Assembly (NCBI RefSeq): GCF_006345805.1
Contig: NC_043005.1
Location: forward strand, 71,114,001 to 71,178,000
DNA from: Octopus sinensis
Taxonomy: Eukaryota
Direction of reading: 5' to 3'
Length of the DNA: 64,000 bases
A model generated the notes under the pieces. It worked only from the letters and a program-made list of their open reading frames with translations. It did no database searches and was not told the DNA's origin. Each line of letters opens with the position of its first letter. Position 1 is the first letter of the stretch. Position numbers and translations under genes: made by a program. Shown here one piece after another: positions 12,289 to 26,344 of this stretch.

Positions 12289-13285
12289 TTTACAATGTGG
12301 TAGAACCGATACAATTGTGCAAGTTAGTGATTGTATATTTAAAAAACCAAATCAAAGATTGGTGTGACCAGTAAAAACTGAGATATTCAAGAAACTGGGA
12401 TAGCAAGGATAGTGACAATGAAATCTAAGATAGGGTTAAAGGAGTTCATGAAAAAGATAAAAGAATTCAGCTGTTTGCAAGTTAGGGTGGTCTCTGTGGC
12501 AACCATATAGCTCAAAGGTGTGTCTGGTGAACTGGGTGAAAATTTTGAAATGCACGAACGATTATGGTGGTGCCATGAAGTAAACATGCTTCAGATACAC
12601 TCGTTTATTCATACAAACGTAACCGAGATGAAATATGTCATAAATAACAGTGACAAACGAAATATACACTGCCGGAATATGTTGTTGACAAACAACAGCA
12701 GTAATTTTATTCAGCTGAATACATGTCATTGATTGGTTGAAATTACCGAAATACGACATTCTCATCTCCATAGCCGCCACAGTTATCTGCGATGATAAAA
12801 TTCCTGGAAAAGAGAAGCAGTTAAGAGTGGTGCTGCAGTTCCTAACTCTCGAAATATCTTAGGCACACCTTTGTGACTTACACCATGAGATTTTATCGGT
12901 TCTGCACCAGTGAGATTTCAGGTTAAATTCCGCACTGTTACTGATCGATCAAATTCATATGAATGAAGTTAAATAAAATGAAGCTGTGTGAAATACATTC
13001 GAAAAGACCATTCCTGCTCTTGAATGGTATATTTCATCAGTCACCCGCTCCTACACTACCTGGCCCTTAATTGAATTTTGAGGAAAACATTTTGTTGGAA
13101 GCATCTAGTCCAGGTTTCAAATCTGAGGATAACTTCCTCCCTTTCTTCCTTTCTTCCTTTCTTTCTTTCTCCCATCGGTCCCGAATGCCTAATTAAAGTC
13201 ATGGGTGCAGACTTTCTCTGATTAATCCATTAAAACCCCAAAAGACTCCTCTTTCCTGGTGCACAAGTCACATATATAAGACAGT

Positions 13286-13393
13286 GTTGCTGCTGCAGCT
13301 GCTGCGATTACTTCTACTACTACTACTATACTACTACTACTACTACTACAGCTGCTGCTGCTACAACTACTACCACTACTACTACTACTACTA

Positions 13394-13425
<32 letters not shown>

Positions 13426-13435
13426 GCTGCTGCTG

Positions 13436-13467
<32 letters not shown>

Positions 13468-13515
13468 GCTGCTGCTACTACTACTACTGCTACTACTACT
13501 ACTACTACTACTACA
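13286..13515. repeat. (TAC)n/(TGC)n trinucleotide tract
   Basis: Directly visible. Confidence 0.95.
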
Positions 13516-13899
13516 TTCTAGAAAGAACCCACTCGAAAGGACCAGTCAACTGAATTACTAAGTTTCAGTAAACAACAAGCTTCAAACCACTTGCGCACGC
13601 ACACAAAAGGAGAAACCTGTTTCGTTTCGTTGCTTCTTCTGTCGTTACTTACAATGACCTTCGTTTCCCTGAATTAGGTGCTTGTATCTCTTCTCCGTGT
13701 GAGTTTATTTGTTCCCAGAGCCTATAAGCGCAGTTTCCAGCTGATACATGGATCTGAGGCCAAGATTGTTAAAGAGGCATCACGTATATATATTTCTGGC
13801 CCCTCTCCTACTCCACCAAAAAAATTACTCATAGCTCTCATGCATCTTGAAAGGGCTTTTCCAGGTCTCAAAATCATTGTCGTTCTCCCTGGCCAAATT

Positions 13900-14120
13900 T
13901 CTCTCGAAGGTCAATGTGACGAACATATAGATCTGGTATGGGTCCAATGAATTAGTTAAAGATGTCAGTCTTCAACGTATCCAGCGTATGCTGACTACGC
14001 TAAAACTTTGGCGTAGCCAGGACCCATTCTGGTCCCCATAGCCGCCCCAATTATCTACTAATAAATTCCCTGAAAAGATTAGCAGGTGACATTGATGAAG
14101 TATTCTTCCGACAGACAGGA
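13900..14120 (-). mobile_element. Penelope-like RT fragment
   Basis: GAAMGTRMGPGYA (14010-14048) and, after frameshifts, FIGPIPDLYVRHID, corresponding to PLE RT motifs 4-5. Confidence 0.7.
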
Positions 14121-15087
14121 ATAACACTGCATTTTTGTAGTTATTAATTCACAACAAACTTAGGTATGGGTCGCACGAGGAGATTACATACGCTTTGCAC
14201 CTAGTCCTCATCCGCAGATATGCTGTTTGCATTCTACTGTTGCTATTTACTGGTGTAGTTTAACTGGAGTGATTGATTGTATTTCAGAATTCATTTAATT
14301 CGTTTAAAAATTTTTCCTGATTTCAACAGATCAAAAGTGATGAACAAAATAACTGCAAAAAGCATAGGTTTTCGTCGTTGTCGTCGTCGTCTTTTCAATG
14401 TCCACTTTTTCATGCTTGTCTTAAATCAGACGAAATGCGTTGAAGCAGAATTCCGTCTGACCAAATGCATAGTAAAACAAAAAATTAAGGCATCTATGGA
14501 ATGAATGATGCTGTCAAATCAGGATAATGCGAAAAATATATTAGTTCATGATGCATGCTGAAGCTAACAGCAAGGTATATAAAAAGAACTTTTACGATTT
14601 CGTATTTCAATGATATGGAAGAATTCACATTCACAAAAATATGATAGTCACATTCATCTGTTCACTGAAATGTCCGCAAGGAAATTCACGTGAAATAACC
14701 ATATTTCAAATGACAATATAAAATGATTTGTGTTTTGTCAGTGAATAAACATATCTATGTCATTGTGAGAACGGTTCTTCTCATAACCGTAAGTCGATAC
14801 GAATATCTGCGTGAAAGCATGCAAAGAATGCTTTGAATAAATTGTGTTTGTCAAAATGAATATGATCATATTGTACGAGTTCGAAAATAGCATTGTGAGG
14901 GATTCTTCTGGAATTCTATCAGAATCGTTCGTTTTATAGAAATAAGTAGGATCAAGTTAAGCTTTCTGAAACAAACGAACGTACCTAAAAATAGCAATTC
15001 AGCTTCGCTGAAAATATCCGAGTAAAACAGTCCTGTATTTTGTGTTACGTGTAATTGCTTCTACATCTGCTTAACAAAATCAAGTTA

Positions 15088-15301
15088 CTCTTTTACTTGT
15101 TTCAGTCAACTGACTGCGGCCATGCTGGAGCACCGCCTTTAGCCGAGAAAATCGATCCCAGGACTTATTCTTTGTAAGCCTAGTACTTATTCCATCGGTA
15201 TCTTTTGCCGAACCGCTAAGTTACGGGGACATAAACACACCGCCATCGGTTGTCAAGCGATGTTGGGGGGGGGGACAAAGACATACACACAAACACACAC
15301 A

Positions 15302-15338
<37 letters not shown>

Positions 15339-15500
15339 GATGGGCTTCTTTCAGTTTCCGTCTACCAAATCCATTCCCAAGTCTTTGGCCGGGCCGAGGC
15401 TATAGTAGAAGACACTTGCCCAAGGTGCCACGTAGTGGGACTGAACCCGGAACCATGTGGTTGGTAAGCAAGCTACTTACCACATAGCCACTCCTGCACC
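15088..15500 (-). mobile_element. tRNA-derived CORE-like SINE, family B, with internal (TA)n/(CA)n
   Basis: Head gcaggagtggctatgtggtaag...gggttcagtcc, CORE-like gcaccttgggcaagt, and tail tgctccagcatggccgcagtc...gactgaaacaagtaaaagag. Confidence 0.85.
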
Positions 15501-16374
15501 TGTAAAATTTGTAAAATTTAGTATGTCAATTCCATGTCAAAAAACCGACGAGAAATTTCAGTCAAATTGACAGCAAATTTTGTTTTTGTATTTGCTTTGC
15601 AAGATTCATGTGTTGAAATATATTTTGTTGTATCACAGGAGGATCATTATGCCAATAATAAACACGCACTGATTCTATTTCACTTCTTCATTTGTCAACT
15701 AGTCTACCATTTAAACCATTTGAATAATTGTTCGGTCATTTAAACAGCTATCTTTCATCCTAGTTAGCTGTCTTACCAATGACATGCTGTCTCTCCTCCA
15801 GGTCTACTTCAAGACTAGACATATCACTGATGAGGTAAAAAGTGGCAACGAAGTGAATTCGACAAACGTAACGACTGGTCGATTGACCGAGCGACTAATC
15901 AAACACGCGATTAATTAACTGGTTAAATAGCTGACCAATTGACAAATAAAGATGTGAATTACAACCAGTATGTGTGTCCTAAATTACAAGAAAAGAGAAA
16001 ATTACGCAGGGAAAATTATCGTTTCTAATAAGATGAAATCGATGTCGAAATAGAATGACGTCAAAGAAAGGAAATACGGGACCCAGGAAAATATTGATGT
16101 CAAGAAGTGCCCATGACAGAGTGCTGTGCTACAGCAGTACCATATGAGAAATAAGTCTTGGTAATATGGACACATTTCGGGGCAAGTTAATGCATACAAG
16201 CTGACCTGCTTTTCTGATACACCATCAATGGCAGAGACACTACATGGTCACTAGATCTGCTAGAAATAACAGCCAAATCTTTAAATTACACAGTTGCCAG
16301 CCAGATTTTTAACAATCTGAAGTGTAACTGGCCAAAACTGTAAGGACAATTTGGCAACTTGACTGATGAGAGGA

Positions 16375-17068
16375 GGCTACTACTACTACTAACACTACTG
16401 CTGCTGCTGCTACTACTACTACTACTAACACTACTGCTGCTGCTGCTACTACTACTACTACTACTACTACTAACATCACCACTACTATCACTACAACAAG
16501 TACTTCTACCAGCACAACCGCCACCACTACTACAACTACTACAGCAACTAACTACAACTGCCACCCCTTTAAATGCAGACACTACTAACACTACTAAATA
16601 GTTCCACGGCTACCATCATCACTAAAATCACTACTAAAACTACTACCACCACCACCATTTCTGCAACCACTACTACTACTTCCACCACCACCATAACCAC
16701 GACTATCACCATCACTACTACTACAGTTACCACCACCATCACCACTACTACAACTACTACTACTATCACCACCACCACCACCACCACGACTATCACCATC
16801 ACTACTACTACAGTTACCACCACCGTCACGACTACTACAACTACTACTACTATCACCACCACCACTTCCACTACCACCACCACCAGCACCGTCCACTACC
16901 ACCACCACCTCCACCACCACTTCCACAACCACCACCAGCACCATCCACCACTACCACTTCCACCACCAACACCGTCCACTACCACCAGCACCAGCACCAT
17001 CCACCACCACCACTACTACTACTATCACCACCACCAGCACTACTACTACTACCAACACCACCACTACC

Positions 17069-17100
<32 letters not shown>

Positions 17101-17107
17101 CACCACC

Positions 17108-17145
<38 letters not shown>

Positions 17146-17147
17146 AA
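16375..17147. repeat. Compound CTA/CTG/CAC/CAT trinucleotide region
   Basis: Directly visible. It yields poly-L/T/H/Y pseudo-ORFs on both strands. Confidence 0.93.
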
Positions 17148-17415
17148 GACAGTATAAAAATTCTAGTAAGTTGACACTGTTGAGTAAGGTGGCTTTTTAA
17201 TTCTCTTTTTTTTTTCTTTAAATTTTGTCAATACGAGCGAGATGGAAATGAGGAGCGATGATGTTTGCTGTTGTTTTCGCTTCTATCCATTAAGCCTAAT
17301 TAAACTCAATTAGACTCTGGCCTTATTTACAGTTAATCAAATTGAATTTATTATTTCATTTTATAGTGACATTTGCTTGGTTTATTTTTTGGCATTTTTC
17401 TTACTTTTTTTTTTT

Positions 17416-17464
<49 letters not shown>

Positions 17465-17858
17465 ATGCATGAGAGAGTATGTTAACATTGATACTCAGAC
17501 ATACACAGACACATTCAGACACACACATACAAGCTGTAGCATATGCACACACACACACACATACATATGTGTGTGCATCAGAGCATTGTTAGTACATATA
17601 TATATATATATGTGTGTGTGTGTATACACCCATACTTGCACACACACACACATACACACCTGCACAAAAACGCACACATACAAAAATATATACAAAACAT
17701 ACGCTACCTCACAGACACACATACATGGATGAACATAAGTGCATGCTCAAACGTTTGCACATACACATGCATATAATCCTGCTTTTATATCAACTTACAC
17801 ACACACACACACATGCACACACACATGCTCACACACACCACACATGTATTTACATATA

Positions 17859-18070
17859 TAGGGTGAGCCAGAAGTCAGGCACCAAAACATTTGACATTTT
17901 ATTTACATTAAATTATTCTCATTATTATTCATTTTGCTCATCATGTACAGGTACACGTGGTCATCATTATTATATTTATTTTATTCAATTTTTTAGAAGC
18001 ACTGAAGCATGACTTTGACAATTCTGTAGAGTATTGAAGTTACTGGAGCATGAATTTGGCCCACCCTGTA
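17859..18070. mobile_element. Possible Tc1/mariner-derived MITE
   Basis: Imperfect TIRs agggtgagccagaagtca ... gaatttggcccaccctg, flanked by TA. Confidence 0.35.
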
Positions 18071-18835
18071 CATAGGTGTCATCTCTTACTTGCCTTCACA
18101 CTGCTGCCACTTAGCACTTGGCTAACTTTAAAAGAGTCTACAATGTTGAAAGCATTTCAACCAAGTTATGGAAGGGTAATTTCTTCCCTGCAACCTCAGA
18201 AGCCCTGAAAGGGGTTACGAACAGTACCATCTCAAGGCTAGGGCACAGTGGTTGCCCTGAGATGTCAGGGAACTTTTGGGTCCAGGGGCCCAGTTCTGAT
18301 CTATGTATGCTGTGGCTTGTTGTCAATAAGTATATACTATAAGACCCTGTACATAGATTTGCCTGGGGACCTGTAATGCGGATTAAATAACCCTTGTCAT
18401 TAACTTCCCTTTTCTGGTTTTGATTATGTGTGTGTATGTGTGTGTGTGTGTTTATATAATGAAGATTAACCTTAAGTCATTGAAAATTGATTAGTATCAT
18501 TGATTAGTACAACTTGCATTAAAAAGAAACAAATGGTGGTTTGTAGCAAGAAAGAACAGTCCACTGTTGAAGAATTAAATTGGTCATACAAACACAACCA
18601 CTCACACATATACATATATGCCTACATACATGCACACACACACATATGCATACATACATGCTTATACACAAACACTCACATGCAAACATACATGCATATA
18701 CATTGATGCAGGCTTGCCTGTGTGTTTAAGAATTTTCATTTCCAGTTGATTCCTTCTCCATGGCACCATGGGCAAGTGACTACTACTATAGCTTCAAGCC
18801 TTGTGAATGGATTTGATCGATGGAAACTGTACGAA

Positions 18836-19068
18836 GTGGCAAGCTGGCAGAAACGTTAGCACGCCGGGTGAAATGCTTAGCGGTATTTCGTCTGCTGTTA
18901 CGTTTTGAGTTTAAATTCTGCCAAGGTCGACTTTGCCTTTCATCCTTTCAGGGTCAATAAAATTAAGAACCAGTTATGCACTGGGGTCGATGTAATTGAC
19001 ATAATTCATTTGTCTGTCCTTATTTGTCCCTTCTATGTTTAGCCTCTTGTGGGCAATAAAGAAATAGG
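18836..19068 (+). mobile_element. SINE family A, monomer
   Basis: Matches 9144-9375. Confidence 0.85.
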
Positions 19069-19476
19069 AAACTGTACGAAGCCTGTCATATACATGTGTG
19101 TGTGTATGAATTAGTATCACATTGTTTGGACATCATGTGGTTATTGTAAGTTAGTGAAGGTGAGGATTAGTGACAGGGGCATCTATCTGTAGAAAATCCA
19201 CCTCAACAGATTCTGTTTAACTCATGTGAGAATAGGAAAGAGCATTTTAAAAGGATAATGATGGTGATGTATATACATTTATATACACACCTAAAATTAA
19301 AATAAAAGCACTTTTACACAACTAATCAACTTCATGCATTTATTGACACAGTTTCTTGTATTTTTCTGAAAATATATTAAAGTATCAAGCACATATATTT
19401 CATAGAACTCTTGTTTTGGTCTTTTATTGCAACACAAAGTATGATGTCTGTGATATGTAAGTTTGTGAGCCATTGT

Positions 19477-19545
19477 CTATTCCTGGTAAGAAAGATACAA
19501 TGTGACATATCTATTCAGAGATTTCCACAGATAAGTCTTGATTAT
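19477..19545 (-). CDS. Putative terminal exon of unidentified multi-exon gene (IIKTYLWKSLNRYVTLYLSYQE*)
   Basis: Acceptor tttttttccaatttgcag, phase 0 matching the previous exon, and AATAAA at 19423-19428 (minus). Confidence 0.35.
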   Translation of the reverse strand: MIKTYLWKSLNRYVTLYLSYQE

Positions 19546-20000
19546 CTGCAAATTGGAAAAAAATTCATAGCCTCTCGCTGCATACAGTTTGATTTACATT
19601 AAATGTAAGCAATTTGAACAGGTCTTTCCTGTAATAGGTAATACCTCAAAAAACAGGTAGGCCTATGGCCTATCAGTCAGAAAGTTCCCTTTCGTTTGTG
19701 TTTTAAGCCTGTCCACCATCTATCATCAACTTGCCAGGCCTGTTGCGATTCAATTTCATCAAATTACTCATTTTTACTAGCTAAGTGAACTATAGAAGCC
19801 TGAAATGAAGAGTCTTTCTCAAGAACACAATACATTGCCTGGTTCAGGAATTGAAATCACAATCTTACCATCTTGTGTACAACACTGTAACCACTAAACC
19901 ACTGTATTCACTGTTGGAATGCAAATGGATTTCAACAGAAGTGACTTCTGTTCAATAAAACACTTCACACTGTAGCCTTCTACCTTCAGGTCATCCATAC

Positions 20001-20088
20001 TCGGTCAATATGTCTCTCTGTGGCCATTAATGCGAGACCATCAATGTTGAGAAATGGGTCATATTGGGGTTTGAGTTGGGAAAGGTTT
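20001..20088 (-). CDS. Putative exon (NLSQLKPQYDPFLNIDGLALMATERHIDR)
   Basis: Weak AAG acceptor, donor CGA|gtatgg, open frame, phase-compatible with both neighbours. Confidence 0.4.
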
Positions 20089-22171
20089 CTTATATTAAAG
20101 TTTTCTATTAGAAAGAGGCATCAGAGCTTTCAAAACATTAACTCTAAAATAGGAATGAATGTTTCATGATTAAAATCTCACAAGGGTTTCCACTACTTAT
20201 TGGTCAGTTTCCTTACTAACTATTAAACTTTTCCATCCTTTTGTATATCAAACCAAGAAAACTGGCAGAATCATTAACATGCTGGATGAAATGCTTTGTA
20301 GCATTTTTTCTGGCTCTTTACAGTCCGAGTTCAAACCTTGCCAAGGTCAACTTTATCTTTCATCCTTTTAGGGTTAATAAAACAAGTACTAGTAAAGCAC
20401 TGAGGTTCTTTTTTCTTTATTTCATCTAGTTTCAGCTCATGAGCTGTGGCCATGCTGGGGCACTGCCATTTGTGTAATCTCCTTAGCCCTCCCTTCAAAA
20501 TTGCTAACCTTGGGCCAAAATTAGAAAAAAAAAATGACAGTGTGTAATTCGTAAAATATTTGGCTAGTGGTTTCAGTTGATCAAGCACTACGTAGAGCAT
20601 GGTCACTTAACCATTTGTGTTCTATTTATTCCCTGGCAAACTCCCCCACTTTGTTTTATTCTCTAATTGGAATTTATATTCTACTATAATAAAACAAATG
20701 ACAAAAAGAAATTTAAAATGTTGTTTTCATACATTATTATCCTTATAAGTTCAAATGACAATAACAACAAAAACACCACATAACCATATCACTTCACTTC
20801 TTTATGAACTAATGATGGATGGATAACAGAACAAAAACACTATCTTCTGAATTAGGCTACTCCATTAGCAACACAAGTAATTAAGAAGTATACAATACAG
20901 ATCATTAATTCCAAAGTGGTTAGAAAGAAAATAAAATGAAAATACTTTTTAAAAACTAGGCCCACTTCAAAATCGTTTTCTCAACTTGAAATTTTTAAAA
21001 ATTATTATTGAAAATAAAAAAAATATATATAGAAATCGAAAAATAGGTGCATGCATGGCTAAGATGATTGTTTTGAAACCATGGGTACTCAGGTTCAGTT
21101 CTATTGTAAGGCACCTTGGGCAAGTGTCTTCTATGATAGCCCTAAGCGGATCAATGCTTTGCAAGTGAATTTAATGGATGGAAACTGTATAGAAGCCAAT
21201 CATGTGCGTGTATGTATGTATGTATGTATGTATGTATGTGTGTGTATGTATGTGTATGTATGTTTGTATGTATGTACTAGCACTATGACCTGGCGTTGCT
21301 GGGTCTAGTGCTAGTGCCTGTTGTTTGTTGCTGGGTCGCAGTAAAAATGTCTCACTAAATCAAGAGTTAAGTTTCTTATCACATTTCAGCCCAAGCCAGT
21401 TTTGTTGTTTATGAGCTAGTTGGAGCTTTTTATGAGAGTAATTAACATTCATTGGACTTTGGTTTTCACGCCTGGAATGGCATAATCATGGAAAACTAGT
21501 GGGATTGTGCACATGCTATTAGTCGGACAAAAAAGAAGGCAGAAGAAAGCGAAAAACTCAAATTTGGTTGCAAAATAACTTATGGACATAAGGGGTTGGT
21601 TTATCGATTTTTTTTAATGGCTTTCTGGGGTGATTGGGGAAATGAAAAGATCTTCATGACCACCCTCAGACAGTTTTGAAAGCCCATAGAAAATGCAAGC
21701 CTTTTACGTGAAAAACTGGATTTGTGTAAAGGACACACAGATACACAGACATTTTGCTATTTATAAATATATAGATGTATGTATGTATGTATGTATGTTT
21801 GTATGTATATTTTGTGTATCTTTGTAGATGTTTGTCACAAGCCTCCCCTCTACACACCACTTGACAGCCAGTATTGGTTTGTTTATGTCCCTGATTATAA
21901 AGTGGTTTGTCAAATGAGACCAACAGAATAAGCATTAGACTTGAAAATAAAAGTAAAAAACATAAATACTGGAGTTGATTTGTTTGATTAAAAACCTTCA
22001 AACCATTGCTCCAGCATAGCCTCAGTCCAATGACTGAAACAAAGAAAAAATAAGAGAGAAGATGAAAGAATAAATTTACTCCAGTTTGGAAAACCCCAAC
22101 TTCAAGACTCCCCTGTTGGTTTGTTCCTAGATTTATATTTCAATCCTATTGTAACCATGACAACATGATAC

Positions 22172-22272
22172 CTTCTTTCCTTTTTCGTTTTTGACCTGAT
22201 GTGAATAAGATTTGACTGATACATCTGGCTGATTGAGTATCCACATACTGGTGTCCTCTTCAGTTCATCTAA
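22172..22272 (-). CDS. Putative exon (LDELKRTPVCGYSISQMYQSNLIHIRSKTKKER)
   Basis: Acceptor atactacttacag, donor AG|gtatca, 101 nt open. Confidence 0.5.
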
Positions 22273-22592
22273 CTGTAAGTAGTATAACTCTCAACAGTAA
22301 GAAGGCTCAGCATGGTCAGTTGACCTGCTAGAAATAGCAACCAAATTTCCCATAAATTACTCCCATCTGTACTATTTTGTATATAAAGGCAGACTGCATT
22401 ATCCAAATTAGTCTTTACAAAGACTACATAATACATCTTCATAATTTTAGTTTTTATTATACTATAGTCTTTATTTTATAAAGGCAGATGCATTCTTTAA
22501 TATAGCCTTTATAAACACAAGATGGTCATGGCTGGAATGCCTTTGATCATAGCTCTTTTCACACAAATTTGATGTAGGTCTAAACTCTCTAC

Positions 22593-22655
22593 AATAATCA
22601 GTTGTGGCAAGTTATTTCTTAATCTGGAATTCCTCTCAAGAGAAATGAAGGCTTC
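22593..22655 (-). CDS. Putative exon (EAFISLERNSRLRNNLPQLII)
   Basis: Acceptor ttttatatag, donor gtagag, phase 0/0. Confidence 0.4.
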
Positions 22656-23016
22656 CTATATAAAACTAACCATTTCATAACTATATTTCTAAAGCTGAGA
22701 CTGCTCATATGTTTCAATTAATTTTCAATATAACTGATGTTTGAAAGGCTTTTGTACAATATCACTAACTTCACATCTTAGTATATATGTTAGTCTTGAC
22801 CAAATGAAATCTTATTACATAATTAATATTATACTGAGAATTTTGATTGAGTCTTTAATTAAAATACATTAACACTGTTGGTCTCTGATGGATTGGATTT
22901 AATTAATAGAGTTAAGTGCAGTATTCAGGAGGGGAATTTCTTTTTGTTGACATAACAAGAGATAAGCTCACTGGTCATCTATGGATTCTTAAGATTTAGA
23001 GAACGAATGTTATTAC

Positions 23017-23050
23017 CTGAGAGATGCAGATGGCAGCATTGAGAGTGTGT
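23017..23050 (-). CDS. Putative exon (HTLNAAICISQ)
   Basis: Strong donor CAG|gtaata, moderate acceptor, phase 2/0. Confidence 0.35.
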
Positions 23051-23411
23051 CTTTCCAAAAACATAATTGAAAACGTAATATATATGGCTAAGGTACTATA
23101 TGTGCAAATGTTCTCTTTGGTTCACCTTACTCTATATGCAGATAACACTGACTTAAGATGATTTATTACTGTAAGCAATAGCATTACAATATAATCAATA
23201 CTTTTGTAGCTTGCAGGGCTGACTTCCATATAGGCAGAGGCATGGTTGGGTGGTAAGAAGCTTACTTGCCAGCTGCTTGGTTCTGAGTTCACTTACACTG
23301 CATGGTACCTTGGGCAAGTGTTTTCTACTATAACCTCAGGCCAATCAAAGCCTTGTGAGTGGATTCGGTAAACAAAAACTGAAAGAAGTCTGTTGTATGT
23401 ATGTATGTATG

Positions 23412-23439
<28 letters not shown>

Positions 23440-23443
<4 letters not shown>

Positions 23444-24101
23444 CAATTAAGGGCTCCTAAATTAAGATGCCGAGTGCTGGGAACTCATCCCCTTTTTGTG
23501 TTCCCAGCACTCGGCATCTTAATTTAGGAGCCCTTAATTGTATAACTACATGAATAATATTTTTCTATATGAATAATATTTTTGTCTTATGACTAATTCG
23601 TCTTTTGTGCTGGACACCTGGTAGTAAATAATATTACTACCCTTCTTGTTTATATTCGCATATTACATGATGGATTTATTCGTAAAATTCTTCCCGGCAT
23701 GCCCTATACTGCCGTGTAAGTTTTGCGTCTGCGCAGAGATTTGAAAAGTTAAGATCTGCTAGTAGTCGGGTTCAACACATGGTCCCACATCGCTGCAGAC
23801 CTCGATTAAATTTAGGCGACTCGCTGATGAAGCTAGCCTTAGCAAACATATTCTGTGTTTTGCTAGAAAGAAGCAGGAACCGCGGTACGAGTTGTTAAAG
23901 TTATCGGTAAACGTTTTTGATTTTCACTCTCGATAAATTCATCCCCTTTCTGTGTTCCCAGCACTCGGCATCTTAATTTAGGAGCCCTTAATTGTATAAC
24001 TACATGAATAATATTTTTCTATATGAATAATATTTTTGTCTTATGACTAATTCGTCTTTTGTGCTGGGCACCTGGTAGTAAATAATATTACTACCCTTCT
24101 T

Positions 24102-24109
<8 letters not shown>
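23440..24109 (+). mobile_element. Short PLE-like insertion: inverted tail plus two 171-bp direct repeats
   Basis: Direct repeats 23485-23655 and 23939-24109, a 45-bp perfect inverted arm at 23440-23484, and (TA)n flanks on both sides. Confidence 0.6.
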
Positions 24110-24136
<27 letters not shown>

Positions 24137-24246
24137 AGTGATCACCGTGACCGACCAGGCTATCAAATGTTGCTGGTCACAATGCGCTTCACATTATTTT
24201 AGCCTTCAAATGACACCACCCCGCTGGCTAAGCGAGTAGGCCTATA

Positions 24247-26115
24247 TCATCATCATCATCGTTTAACGTTCGTTCTCCATGCTAGCATGGGTTGGACGGT
24301 TCGACCGGGGATCTGAGAAGCCAGAAGGCTGCACCAGGCTCCAGTCTTATCTGGCAATGTTTCTACACCTGGATGCCCTTCCTAACGCCAACCACTCCGT
24401 GAGTGTAGTGGGTGCTTTTTACGTGCCACCTGCACAGGTGCCAGGCGAGGCTGGCATCAGCCATGGTCAGATTGGTGCATTTTACGTGCCACCAGCATGG
24501 AAGTCAGTCGAGGCGGCACTAGCTTCGGCCACGATTCGGATGGTGCTTTTTATGTGCCACCGGCACGGAAGCCAGTCGAGGCAGTGCTGGCATCGGCCAC
24601 GATTCGGATAGTGCTTTTTACGTACCACCAGTCCAGGGGTCCTGGCATCTGCCGGGTGCCAGTCATAGGATTGGTTCAATTTCGATTTCACTTGCCCCAA
24701 CAGGTCTTTGCAAGCAAAGGGGGGTTGGCATGGGTGCCTGTCGTCGGATGAGGTTCGATATCGACTTCACTTGCCTCGACAGGTCTTTGTGTGTCCAAGG
24801 GAGGAAAGGCATGCATAAGTGGGCTGGACTCACTTGTCCTGCCTGGTCTTCTCACGTACAGCATATTTCCAAAGGTCTCGGTCGCTGGTCATTTCCTCAG
24901 TGAGGCCTAAAGTTCGAAGGTCGTGCTTCACCACCTCGTCCCAGGTTTTCCTGGGTCTACCTCTTCCACAAGTTCCCTCAACTGCTAGGGATTGGCACTT
25001 TTTCACACACCTATCTTCATCCATTCTCGCCACATGACCGTACCAGCGCAATCATTTCTCTTGCACACCACAACAGATGCTTCTTAGGTCCAACATTTCT
25101 CTCAAGGTACTAACGCTCTGTCAAGTATGCACACTGACATTACACATCCATCGGAGAATACTGGCTTCATTCCTCGCGACTGTCCTCAGCAGTCACAGCC
25201 CATGTTTCACTGCCATGTAGCATGGCTTCGTACACATGCATCATACAGTCTGCCTTTTACTCTGAGCGAGAGGCCTTTAGTCACCAGCAGAGGTAAGAGC
25301 TCCCTAAACTTTGCCCAGGCTATTCTTACTCTAGCAGTTACACTTTCAACGCGCCCACCCCCACTACTGACTTGGTCACCTAGATAACGGAAGCTATCAA
25401 CTACTTCTAGTTTTTTCCCCTGGAGAGTGACGGAAGTTGTTTTCTGCAGATTTTCAGAGTTTAATGCTCCCGAGCATCTGCCACATGCAAAAACTATCTT
25501 CCCAGTTAGCCTTCCTTTGACATTGCTGCACCTCTTATGTGTCCATAGCTTACACTGGGTACATCTTATAGAGTTTCTACCTACACCTTTTCTACAGATC
25601 GAGCAGGGCCATCTTCCTGAAGACATTTGTGGATTGTCTACCTTCCTACTTATTAGTACTTTGGTTTTAGCTAGGTTGACTCTAAGGACCCTCGATTCTA
25701 AACCCTCCTTCCACACCTGGAACTTCTCCTCCAGTTCTGATAGTGACTCAGCAATTAGAGCAAGGTCGTCAGCATAGAGGAGCTCCCAGGAGCAATCTGT
25801 CTTGAATTCCTCCGTAATTGCCTGGAGGACTATGATAAATAGGAGGGGGATGAGTACTGAACCCTGGTTGACCCCAACCTCTACTTTGGATTCTTCTGTG
25901 TACATGTTGCCATACTTACGGCATCCCTGTACATGGCTTGCACAGCCCTCACCAGCCATTCATCTATCCCTAGTTTCCTCATTGACCACCAGATAAGGGA
26001 TCGGGGAACCCTGTCAAAGGCTTTCTCCATGTCAACGAAAGCCAGGTACAGGGGCTTATCTTTGGCTAGGTATTTCTCCTGCAGCTGTCTCACCAGAAAT
26101 ATGGCATCAGTGGTG

Positions 26116-26119
<4 letters not shown>
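24247..26119 (-). mobile_element. 5'-truncated RTE-clade LINE (RT domain, 3' UTR, (GAT)n tail)
   Basis: LAFVDMEKAFDRVPR, GVNQGSVL.PLLF, ELLYADDLALIA, FRYLG and MRWYGHV...GRGRPRKTW. Frameshifted. Confidence 0.93.
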
Positions 26120-26167
<48 letters not shown>

Positions 26168-26240
26168 ATATAAGCAGAAAATGGAGAAAAATTCTGATCA
26201 ACAAGAAATTGACTACCATCGGTTAATTATTTTTTAATAC

Positions 26241-26344
26241 AAAACTTCAATATTGCCAACAGCTGTTTCTGCTACCAATGTCAGTTGGTGCCACCAAAGA
26301 AATTTATGAGAATAATATTCGTCAATCTTTATAGCACATCCAAT
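26241..26344 (-). CDS. Putative exon (IGCAIKIDEYYSHKFLWWHQLTLVAETAVGNIEV)
   Basis: tgtatcag acceptor, weak donor gtatta, phase 0/2. Confidence 0.35.

Noticed and set aside
13030-13050. CTGATGA motifs at ~13040 (minus) and ~15828 as hammerheads
   Set aside because: No stem II followed by GAAA and no stems I/III.
16573-17157. 194-aa Thr/His-rich mucin-like ORF
   Set aside because: Lies within a compound trinucleotide tract that changes register and is open on both strands. No signal peptide or splice support.
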